A stretch of DNA of 63,042 nt, filler included, from Folioceros fuciformis (taxonomy: Eukaryota), in the NCBI GenBank assembly GCA_049999805.1. It is 6 parts of 6 records of this genome, joined end to end, with 100 filler letters (N's around TTAATTAATTAA, not from the genome) between each part and the next. Parts side by side here need not be neighbours in the genome. Positions count along the whole stretch, not along the records: positions 24,660 to 39,255 come from JBNGIO010005216.1; positions 39,356 to 52,422 come from JBNGIO010005217.1; 4 more parts are not named here. One strand, written 5' to 3'. The notes under the pieces are model-generated. The model made no database searches, had not been told where the DNA came from, and worked only from the letters and a program-made list of their open reading frames with translations. Made by a program: the position numbers and the translations under genes. Positions 34,437-45,500 of the stretch are shown piece after piece; positions within the stretch are counted from its first letter, which is position 1, and each line of letters opens with the position of its first letter.

Positions 34437-35060
34437 GTGCGGGAAGCCATGGAGATAAATACTGAGCTTGCGCTCACAGTCCTATGTGTCGTCATAGCTA
34501 CCAGCATCGCCACAGGCTGCAAGGTGGAGGCTTGGCGCAAGCAAAACCGAGCTATCAAAGATGGCGTTGCTGCCACCGCCAAGGTTGGGTCAGACCCGTT
34601 CCTGAACAGAATGGTCAACCCCAGCCCGTATAGTGCTGTAGACAGAGCTCGGCACCCGGATGGCTGGCCTACTCAGGCAGACCGCAACTTGGTAGGACAC
34701 TTGTCACTGACGCTGAAGAAGATGGAGGAGCTCGACGGCATCCTGCAGTCTGCTAAGTTGAGATCGATAGAGCTGGAAGACTTGTGCAGGACGATCCCTC
34801 CTCATGAGCTAAGAATGTTCCCACTCACGGTGCCTGAGATAAAGGCCATGGTCGGCGAGTTGGAGAAGATGGGGTTCGTAGGCACCCTAGGAGACATCGG
34901 GCCTGGTGTAGGTCCCACGTACAACCCATATCCACATCACCACCTGCAGGGCCTCCTGTTGGACCAACTTGGCATCCAGAGTCACCATCTCAGTCTGGTA
35001 AGCAGCTCAGCAGTATGTTTGTTTGAAGGGATCACAGAACCAGCTCACGACAAGATGTGA
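34437..35060 (+). CDS. Intact antisense accessory ORF (about 203-207 aa) of copia family A: N-terminal TM-like helix and conserved helical domain
   Basis: Hydrophobic LALTVLCVVIATSIATG; WPTQADRNLV...ELEKMGFVG domain conserved in two other elements; ATG at 34449. Confidence 0.75.
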   Translation: MREAMEINTELALTVLCVVIATSIATGCKVEAWRKQNRAIKDGVAATAKVGSDPFLNRMVNPSPYSAVDRARHPDGWPTQADRNLVGHLSLTLKKMEELDGILQSAKLRSIELEDLCRTIPPHELRMFPLTVPEIKAMVGELEKMGFVGTLGDIGPGVGPTYNPYPHHHLQGLLLDQLGIQSHHLSLVSSSAVCLFEGITEPAHDKM

Positions 35061-35092
35061 CGTGACAGCTTCATCCACTGAATTGGGTCTGT
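35034..35092 (-). other. Conserved 3'-UTR stem-loop with GGATGAAGC core (copy 3)
   Basis: ACAGACCCAATTCA / TGAGCTGGTTCTGT arms enclose GTGGATGAAGCT...TGTCG. Confidence 0.6.
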
Positions 35093-35474
35093 TTAAATGT
35101 GCAGGAGAGGAGAGCACACCGAAGCTTTTCATGGAGGGCTTTGACGCCTAGGAGGCAGCAAGATAATAATCCTGTAGAAGACCTCCTTCCTAGGTCAGGC
35201 GTCCATGTTAAGAGCTAACAGGAGTAGGTAGCACAAACTCCCAAAGCCCTAAAGCTTCCATGTGCTTGTAGTGCTTGGAAGCAGACAGTCCCTTGGTGAG
35301 AACGTCTGCTGTATTAGCATCAGTGTTTATGTACTGAACTATTGCAATTCCTCTTTTTGCCACATCTCTTATATAATGGTGATAAAGCTCAATGTGTTTT
35401 GTGCGTGCATGGAATCTGGGGTTGGCCACCATAGCTATTGTAGACATATTGTCACAGTACAGCTGTGTAGCACC

Positions 35475-35687
35475 TATTGACGCGCAGTCGTTTTTACACA
35501 CACGCCAGTAAACTTGAGTTTTAGGGCACGTTTTGCTAGGGCTGATATAAGAAAACAGTTTAAGCAGTTTAAGTAGTTTTATTAAAACAGTTATATAGCA
35601 GCAGTTACGAATCGCTTTATGTAAGCCTATATAAGGGCACTTAATACCCCTTTCTAATATGAGATTATTACTATTACCGTATCTACA
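35475..35687. mobile_element. Solo LTR (213 bp) inside the RNase H of element 9
   Basis: TSD GCACC at 35470-35474 and 35688-35692; termini TA..CA; host reads HMTQPGA|TQLYCDNMS when removed. Confidence 0.8.
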
Positions 35688-38600
35688 GCACCTGGTTGGG
35701 TCATGTGGACAGAGTCGAGAAACTGCCTTTCCCACTCCAACTCCTTACATGCATCAGTCAAAGCTTTGTACTCAGCTTCTGTGGATGAAAGTGCTAAAGA
35801 CGTTTGCCTTTTACATGACCAGTTAACAGCCCCAGAAGCAAGAAGGCACACATAGGCAGAGAGGCTGCGACAAGTATCTGAGTCGGAAGCCCAATCTGTG
35901 TCTGCAAAAGCTGTAAGTAGGAAGTCTCGATTTCCACTGGAAGTATAATGCAAGCCATAGGTTATGGTGCCCTTTAAATAACGATAGATACGCTTGACAG
36001 CTGCCCAGTGCGAAGGCCCAGGGTTCTTCAGAAATTGAGCAACAACACTGACAACAAAGCTGATGTCTGGACGGGTCCAATTGGCCAGAAAAATCAGGCA
36101 CCCAACAGCTTCAGCATATGGAACACTAGACATATGATCTTCCTCCTCTGCTGTGCAAGGTGACTGATCGGCTGTGAGCTTCTCACCAACGACACAAGGA
36201 GTAGACATAGGACGAGCCTCATGTAAGTGAAAGCGTTTTAAGATCTCCTTAAGATACTTGGTTTGATGTAAGATAACAGTGCCCTGACTTCTGTCCCGCA
36301 AAATCTGTATGCCCAGACAGAACTGAAGAGGGCCTTGATCTGTCATTTCAAACTCGCTGCGAAGGAGGGCCTTAACCTTGTCGAGCTGGACCAAACTGTT
36401 GCTCAGAAGTATGGCATCATCAACATAAAGGGCCAGCACTATGAACAAGCCTCCCTCAGATAAGTAAAAGACATTACTGTCAGCAGGAGACTGCAGAAAG
36501 CCTGACTTCATAAGGAACCTTCATAATACGCTTGAACCATGCTCGTGGGCTTTGCTTCAAGCCATATATTGTCTTAAGCAATGTACAAACCTTGTTGGGC
36601 CACTGCTTGCTAACGAAGCCCTCGGGCTGCTCCATGTACAGAACCTCCTCTAGCTCACCATGAAGAAATGCTGTACAGACATCCATCTGGTGAAGTTCTA
36701 AGTCGAGTTCTACTACCAGGGCAAGAAGGATGCGAACTGAAGGAGGTTTCACAACTGGTGAAAAGGTGTCACCGTAGTCGATGCCAGGTATCTGTGAGAA
36801 CCCCCTCGCAACAAGTATGCTCTTGTAACAAGCTATTGTTCCATCCGCTTTTAACTTGGTTTTAAATACCCACTTGCAGGTAATAGGCTTCCTGCCCGGC
36901 GGGAGATCAGCAAGTTCCCAGGTGTGATTCTTGATAAGGCTGTTGTACTCATCATCAATAGAGATACGCCAATGAGCACCATCAGGCCCATTCAAGGCTT
37001 CGTCATAAGACTGAGGATCAGGCCTTATGTCAGGAACATGTAGGTCAGTAACATGAGCTGCTGGCCTTCTAAAGTCGATTGATTGGTAAGGAGCCTCCAC
37101 CCACTAATCTCTTGGCCTCCTTTCTCGTGTAGGGTATCGAGGTGAATCAGGAGCCTGGACTACTGGAAGGTCAGCAGGTGCTTCCTGCTGAACATCATCA
37201 TCACTGAGAGCACCAGCTGACCCAGCATCATGATCCGAGAAGAAACCAAGGTCATCATCAGTCACCTCCTATGCAGGGTCAACAGCAACTGCATCCTGAA
37301 CAGGTGGAGCATCCCCCTCGTACGCAGCATCAAGTAGCTTGTAGGCTTTTGACTCTTCTGAGTAACCTACAAACACTAAACGCTTGGCCCTGTTTTCTTA
37401 CTTATTGCGTTTGACTTCAGATATGTACGCATATGCAGGAGACCCAAAAACACGTAAGTGCTTCAAACTAGGCTTTCTACCCCGAAATGCTTCATAGGGA
37501 GTTTTGTTAGGTACAGCTGATGTGACCAAACGATTGTGTATGTAGGTAGCAGCCACCACTGCCTCCACTTTGGCAAAGAGGCCCAAGACAGCATGCTCCT
37601 AGTCATTCCCATCAACGTCTGGTTCTTTCATTCAGCAACTCCATTCTGTTGCTGCGTATAAGGAACAGAGAGCTGCCTTGTGATTCCATACTGCTCAAAG
37701 AGATCATCAAGGTTATGACCTGTAAACTCCCCTCCGTTATCGTTTCTAAAACACTTGACCAACTTTTCAGTCTGTTTCTGAACCATGGGGATCCATTTGG
37801 AGATCAGTTCATAGACATCACTCTTCAGCTTGAGCAGAAAGGTCCAAGTGTATCTGGAGTAGTCATCAGTCAAGGACAAATAATATTTAGCGCCACCCAA
37901 GCTCTTAACAGGTAACTTTCCTGCTATGTCTGCATGTATAAGCTCCAGAATTTCTTTAGCACGTGTTGGCTCTTTATTTCTGAAGGGCAGCTCCTTTTGT
38001 TTTGACAGAATGCAAGGAGCACATGTCGACAAATGCTTGAAACAGCTAGGCAACTTTTCTCGATAGAAGTTTGAGTTGGACATGAGGTCTAACTTAAATC
38101 TGTTCACATGCCCAAGCCTAGCATGCCAAAGGTTAGCCTGAACATTAAAAGCAGCAAATAGCGCTCTAGCCTTGGACTTAGCAACTGTAACTAGTTGATA
38201 CAAGTCATTTACTAGAATGGCCTTTGCTATGTGCTTATCAGGGTGTGACAGGTGATACATATAGCATTTGCTGTCCTCAAAACGGAACCCATACAACTTA
38301 CTATGTGCAATGGCTCTTATGGACAATAGATTTTTACTCATGGCTGGAACATACAACACATCTTCCAGATGCAAGGTGCTGCCGTCTAACAAAGGTATGT
38401 TAACGACACCCACCCCTTTTACCTCAACACCACGAGAGTCGCCAACAAACACCGATTGTGGCATTGTCTGTTTGTGAAATGTTGAGAAGAGCTGACGAGT
38501 ATTGCACACATGCGCAGTAGCTCCAGGATCAAGAAACCAATGGTTGAAGTGCTCACGACAAGAGGTAAGACAAACAGTTAGAACTGAACTACTGCTCTTG

Positions 38601-39255
38601 TGTGCTGGGTTCGTATGCTGACCAGCCTTAGCTGCCACGTGAGCTTCAGGTTTGGATTCCCGCTTCGGCTCACCTTGTTTCTTCTTCCGGCAGTCCCTTT
38701 CCCAGTGACCCGAAATACCACACCAGTTGCAATTACCCTGGCGTTTAGTGGAGCCAGAAGAGGTACTCTTGTTCTATCCACTGTTTGTATTGGTTGAATT
38801 GTTGCTGCTGGGCTTCTTCTTACTGTCTTTCCCCCTCCAAGGGCCTTTTCCTCTTGCAGCAAAAAGGACCTTGTCACCTTGAAGGCGTGAAGAAGAACCA
38901 GTCTTGCGACTCTGCTCTTCCTCGAGAAGGGTGCCAATCACCTCATTGAAATTGATGGTAGAAGGTTTCCCAGCAGCGACAGCAGCATATGAGTCCCTGA
39001 GAGATGCATTCTGGCTAGACACAAATGTCTGATAGGAAGGAGGAAGGCTGGCAATGAGCTGAGCTGTCATGTCCACCTCAGAGACTTTACAGTTGAGCCC
39101 AGACCACTGCGCTCTCAAGTAACACAGCTTGTTCAAATGGGCTCCAATAGGTTCACCATCCTTTAGACGCAAAGCATGAAACTGATTCCAAACAGCTACC
39201 AGAGTAAGGATATTTTGTACTTGGTACGTGTCCACAAGTTGTTTCCATGCAGCTG

Positions 39256-39355
39256 NNNNNNNNNNNNNNNNNNNNNNNNNNNNNNNNNNNNNNNNNNNNT
39301 TAATTAATTAANNNNNNNNNNNNNNNNNNNNNNNNNNNNNNNNNNNNNNNNNNNN
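39256..39355. other. Artificial contig spacer
   Basis: N44-TTAATTAATTAA-N44. Confidence 0.97.
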
Positions 39356-40227
39356 GAGAGTGTTTTAAAGGCAAAAATGCCTCGTCGTAATTCTTAGAGG
39401 CGTGCTATTGTTTTCAGAGAAATTCTAGACATAGAAATTTAGAATAGTGGGTGCGTAGTCCCTGCACAAACCCAAACCCAAGACTCCAAAATCCCTGTCA
39501 AAGTACAACACATTTAGAGCCTAGGTTTGTTGGACGAACGGAGCGATTTCCATTTCGTCATGCAAGCACTTATCTTGGACAGGGTTGCGACAATTACTAT
39601 ACTCAACGCGCAGAATTTGGCTTGCCTGGAAGATGACCTATCAACAATTTCTCCTACACATCTGATCCCGTGTGGGATTTAGGGTGGCAATCCGTTTTGC
39701 GCCCTTTCGACATCAAAAACTTGGCAAGACAGATCCAAGATTTTACTGATCAATATAAGAAGTTGTCCTCTCAATTTGAGAGCAAACTCAATTCCCTGCT
39801 TCAAAGTGTGGAGTCGGTGTGTGAGATATTTTGGCGAGGTTGCTCATTGTTCCCTCGCTGAAATTAGAGATTCACCATTCTATTGCTTTGGCGCCACCCC
39901 AACGCACACCACCCTGGCGCACGCCCAGCCTGCAGGAGCAATTTCCAGAGGTTAGATTCCAAGCGGTGCTAGTATTTCTGTGAAGAGGCACCAACTAGGA
40001 TTCATCTGAAAGACGTGAGCTACCCTCACAACTGCTCTAATCAAGGATGGATTGCAATCGATGTGTTCCCTGGAAGGACGCAAAACCTGCATGCATCCGG
40101 AACCGACACGTCCCGTGACTCGCGACCTTTCACTACTCTTCATTACAAACGGCTCCATGGCCAACACTCTCCGAGAGCACTCTTCCTCTAACAATTTGAA
40201 CAAATCATTTCAGGGAAGCCAGACACG

Positions 40228-41136
40228 ATGAGCACCTCCGCTGGCATCCTCTTCGGCCTAGGTGCCAGTGGCTCAGCAGCACGCGCTGCAAGCACTAAGA
40301 GCTCTACAGCAGTCGCTGTAGGCATTGGGGGCTTAGCTGCTAGCTCCCCTAGCACTGGTGCCCCTTTGGCAAGTGCAGTAAGCACTGGCGGGCTTACTGC
40401 TTCCTTGCTAGGAGTGCCTTGGGGAGGCCTGCCGCCTCCAGGACCCGCTGGACATCTGCCTTCTCCTCCTCCAGGACCAGGACCTCCCTCATTCCCACCA
40501 CCTCTACTCACTAATCTCACTCACATGTATCAACTTGCTTATACAATTGAATTCAAGGAACGTGACAGATTCAATGGTAACAAGTACCCTATGTGGAGTG
40601 TGCGGATGCGCGCTGCCCTTGAAGCTGGGCACGTTTGGAGCGTCATGGCTGGCCAGTATCTGGAACCTGCATCAAATTCCAGACAAGATGATAAGGATAG
40701 GTGGGCCAACTCTAATAATGTTGCTCGTGCCCTGCTCATAAGTGGATTGGATGAAGTCTTGGTTCCAGATGTTGTTTACCTACTCAAGGCAAAAGACATT
40801 TGGAAACAATTGTCACAAACTTACGATGTCAAGAACATAATTACACTCTGCGCTGTACGAAGTGAGGTGTTCTCACTTAGGATGCGTGAGGGGGAGAAGG
40901 CAGCTGTTTTTGTGGCCAAGTTCAGACATTTAAGATCACAACTTATCTCAATTGGGTCACAAATGCTGGACCTTGATGCTGTTGCTCAATTGCTAACAAG
41001 CCTTCCTTCCAGTTACCAGCCTTTTGTATCAAGCTATGGTGCAACCCTCCGTGCTGCTGAGCAGGCTACGGCTACAGGACAACCACCCAACATAACTTTC
41101 ATTGACGTAGTGGGTGCTTTATTCCAAGAAGAGTAG
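40228..41136 (+). CDS. Copia gag with A/S/G/P-rich N-terminal extension (premature stop at 41134)
   Basis: EFKERDRFNGNKYPMWSVRMRAALEA, FSLRMREGE, LLTSLPSSYQPFV. Confidence 0.85.
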   Translation: MSTSAGILFGLGASGSAARAASTKSSTAVAVGIGGLAASSPSTGAPLASAVSTGGLTASLLGVPWGGLPPPGPAGHLPSPPPGPGPPSFPPPLLTNLTHMYQLAYTIEFKERDRFNGNKYPMWSVRMRAALEAGHVWSVMAGQYLEPASNSRQDDKDRWANSNNVARALLISGLDEVLVPDVVYLLKAKDIWKQLSQTYDVKNIITLCAVRSEVFSLRMREGEKAAVFVAKFRHLRSQLISIGSQMLDLDAVAQLLTSLPSSYQPFVSSYGATLRAAEQATATGQPPNITFIDVVGALFQEE

Positions 41137-42594
41137 AGCAGAAGCTCTCACACATTAGTACGAACCAAAGCTGACAAAGTGCTGTTAGCATCTAAGAATA
41201 AATTTCTAGGGAAAGCAAAGCATTCACCTGGTGTTGGTGTTGCCAAGCCAGGGCAAGGTAGAAGAACTGGAGCCTGCAATTGGTGTGGGGTTCTAGGGCA
41301 TTGGGAACGCGAATGAAGGAAGAAGAAATGTGGAGAACTGAGAAAAGCCAAGAAGCCCCATAGAGCGGTTGAGGCACACTCAATTTCCAAGGACACGTCT
41401 TCACAGGCCTCATCTTCCAGCAAGCAACCCGTGGTAATGACCGTTTGCCATTCCACCACAGTCTGTGAACCAGACTCTTAGTATCTGGATTCGGGTGCCA
41501 CATCCAATATATGCCACAATTGACACTTGCTCAATGATTTCACTCCAACACACGCTAATGAAAAGGTGCTATTGGGAGATGAGCTTACCCGAACAGGTTT
41601 GAAGATCCTTGGCACAGGATCTTGCACTTTTCGACTTGAAGATGGCTTTGCCCTTCGCCTAGATAATGTACTCTACGTTCCTAGCATGGCCAAGCATCTT
41701 CTCTCTGTCAGTCAGTTGATGAAGCTACAACAGTATGATATGTCATTCACCTTTGCTAGTTGTTTTCTTTCACATAAGGGTGCCCATGATTCCGTCACTC
41801 GAGGTCTCTTGGTGCATGACTTGTATAGGCTCAACATATGTTGTCAGCCCGCTAAAAGTGCTTTTTTGGTTGCAAGGACACAATCGGCTTTAGCACAACT
41901 GTGGCACGCTCGTTTGGGACATGCCAATAAAGATAAGCTTATAAAGATGTCTAATTTGGAATGTTACAGAGAACCACAGCCTAAATGTTTCAAGGAACTT
42001 CCCTTATGTGATTCTTGTATCATCACCAAGCAGAAAGAGATTCCCTTCCCGTTTGCTGTTGCGCATCGTACCTCTCATGTTCTGGACCTTGTACACACAG
42101 ACATATCAGGAAAAATTCATGTTCCTTCTTTGGGAGGCTCCCAATATTACCTCACACTTACGGACGACTATAGTAGGTACTCTACGACCTTTCCCCTAAA
42201 GCGGAAATCAGATACTTTCCCTGTATTTCAAGAGTGGCTCACCATGGTACAACGCCAGACAAGTCGACTCCTTCGTTGCTTGAGGTCTGATAACGGCACT
42301 GAGTTCGTCAATAACCTCTTTGATTAGTATTTGTCCGACCAAGGCATCACTCGGCAACTTATCATTCCCTACACTCAGCAAAAGAGCGGTGTTGCTGAGA
42401 GACAAAATCAGACTTTATCAGGTGTGACCCGCAGTATGCTTCAATGGTCAGGATTGGATAAGGCTTACTGGGCTGAGGCGGTCGTGACTGCTACATACAT
42501 ACTCAACCGTCTTCTTACAAGTGCAGTTGAAGGCCGAACTCCTTTTGAAGTGATATGGCAACGTCGTCCTAGCCTTCTCCACTTGCGTGTATTC

Positions 42595-45500
42595 TGAAGC
42601 TATATATATATATATATATAGTACAGTCATTAGGTTAGTTAAGTCAAGTATAAAATAAGCCCTAGGTTGACAGGTTCTTATGGTTATAACCTGTAACTGC
42701 TTCCAGGCACCTACACACATAAGAGTGTGGCCGTGCTCACGTTAATGTAATGAATCCAAAACCATTCATGGTATCAGAGCATGTGTTTGCGGTGATTCTG
42801 CTCTGCTTGCAATTGTGCCATATTCGCTAATGCTATCTTCATTGTGGAGCGTGTGAGGATGGTATTCTTGGTCAACGATTCTTGGCCAAGAGGCGCGCCA
42901 GCTGCAGTCTGGGAGATGGTCTGTACAGACTATTCTTCCAGGCGTAAGGATTGACAGGAGCGATGCTTTCAATCCTGTATCGTGCCAACCAGGCTATCCC
43001 CTATTCTGCTCTTTAGCCAAGCATGGCACACTACGACCTGCACACAAATGCGCTTCTGGAGCAGTCCTTGGAGTAATGTCGTGCAGTCCAATAGTGCACC
43101 ACGCCTGGCCTACGCAGAAGGGAGTGTCTGGCGAGGCGCGCGCTAAGGCTGGCTGCTATTGCAGAGTATGAATGCATGAGAGAAACTATCAGGAACAGCT
43201 TGCACCTGGAAACAGGTGGCAACAGGAATGGTTTAGAATATGCATTATTTTGGAGTTGATGGCGACAAACCTACTGCAAGGAGTGCCTGCAGGTGAAGAC
43301 TATGAATGGAGCCAAATATATGTGTCTGGCCTTTACCTGTGGAACACAATGTCGGCCCCTTCAACCTCCACTTTTGAAATTAGCCTACCTGCAACACCTG
43401 AAAATGTTTTCCAGGGTATCCTTTTCCAGCTAGATAGCCTTTTTAGACAACAACCTCTCACACCTACACTTAGCTACATTTATGACTATGCATCTTATGT
43501 AGTCCATAAAATTCATTTTGAGTACTCCTTCTCACAAACCCTTAATCTCCTAGTCTCCCTTGAAGTAGAAGGTCTGCTAGATTTCAAAACATCCTGCAAG
43601 GCCAGATTCCATCTAGTCTAGCTGTCAGCCTGTCCAGCCAAGAGTCATGGCAACTCAGTAGCCCCCAACACCTGTTGCCTTGGCCAAAGAAGACAAGTTC
43701 GATGGAGAGAGCTTCAACCTCTGGAAGTTCAGAATGGAGGAATTGCTGAAATCCAGGAATCTATAGGAGCAGCAGTCATTAAGCTTGAACCACCCGCAAC
43801 CGCACCAGCCGACGAGATTGTAGCATGGAAGGCTGCCAACCAGCAAGCAAGGAGCTCGCTCACAATGAGTGTGAAGAGCTCCAATATTGCCACTTTGATG
43901 GGCGACATTACATCTGCAACCACATTGTGGCAACAACTGTTAGAAGTTTATGATGCCACGGATCTCATGCTCAAAACCCACACGCTTAAGTCCTTGGTGG
44001 GATTGAGGATGTCGGAGATAGACAACGTGGCAGAGTATGTGCTTACCTAGAGGAGCTGGCAGACCAAGTTCCTAGCATTAGGGCTCAAACTAGAAGAAGA
44101 AGTGATGGCGGTTATTCTTCTGTCACAATTGCCTGAAAGTTGGACAAATGTTGTCCAGTCCCTGCAGAGTGTAGCTGCCATCACGGTTAATCGTGTCATC
44201 TCCACGATGCTTACCGAGGAGAATCGACGGAAGATGGCTTCATCTTCCATAGCTATAGGGGACAAAGCCTTGTTGACCAACAAGTTTGGTTCAAGCAGAG
44301 GCAGGGGCAGAGGAAAGCCCATGTTCAGAGGCAAAGGACATGACCGAGGTTTCCCAACTCGTTCGACCTCATTTAACCCAAGCAGACCAAAGCCATCATG
44401 TGGCTATTGTGGTATCCCAAACCACACATGGGAGGTCTACAGGAAACGGTTGGCAAATGAGTCAGGTGGCAGGCACACTGGTGGAAACCTAGCAGTCACT
44501 ATGAAGAAGTACTCGAAGGCCTTTACAGCAGCTGTGCATTCTGAACCAGCTAAAATCTCACATGCAGGAAGTTCTATGGCATTGGTAGTTACCTGTTTTG
44601 CAACCAAGGCAAAGCATGCATGGTACATCGACTCCGAAGCCTCGCAGCACATCACACCACATCATTCCTACTTCACTAGCCTGCAACCAATGCCAAGTGA
44701 GAGATATGTGTGTCTAGGAGACAACTCCAAGCATAGGATAGAAGGTCAAGGTACGATCAAGCTGGATCTTGAACCAGATCCGTACCTGGAGATTCTAGAT
44801 GTACTATACGTGCCAGGTTTAGCCAAAAACCTGGTGTCGGTGAGAAAGATTGATGAACCGGGCTGCTTTATATGCTTTGGCAGTAGAAGGTGTGTAGTAG
44901 AGACACCTGAAGGTAAGCTAATGGCCACTGGAGGGCTTAGAGGTGATGACCTCTATCACTTGGACGTTAAGAAGGATCAGGCCAACGTTGCATCAGCACA
45001 CATGGTCAGACCTTCCCTTACAGATTTGTGGCATCTTAGATTGGGCCACTTAAATTTCCAGAAGCTTGTAAGAATGCACCAAAACAAGCTAGTAGAAGGT
45101 CTAAAATTGGATACCTTCTCGGATTTCGGAGTGTGTGATGCATACGTGATTGGGAAGCACCACAAGTCAGCATTCCCAACAGAACCAGCTGAGAGAGCGA
45201 CCAGGGTTCTTGGTCTGGTGCACAGTGACCTGTGTGGGCCTCTGCCCACTTCTCTTGGAGGCAAGTCCTATTTTATTACCTTCATAGATGACTTTTCACG
45301 CTTTACTAGTGGTCTACAACATAAGACTCAAATCTGCAACCCTGGAATGCTTCAAAGAGTACAAGGCTTGGGCAGAAAGGTAGAATGAACAATCACTGAA
45401 GGCTCTCCATACCGACAATGGGGGAGAGTACATATTTGGTGAGTTTCAAACATTTTGTTTGAAGCATGGCATATCTAGGCAGCTGACCAATGCACGGACT

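Larger units (their letters stand above)
34108..39255 (-). mobile_element. Ty1/copia element 9 (family A): gag-pol 35208-39255 with frameshifts, 3' LTR about 34108-34248
   Basis: Close protein similarity to element 2 (HADIAGKLPVKSLGG, KPPSVRILLA, FLANWTRPDI); PPT AAGAGGGGG; inserted in the Tork-like RNase H. Confidence 0.93.
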
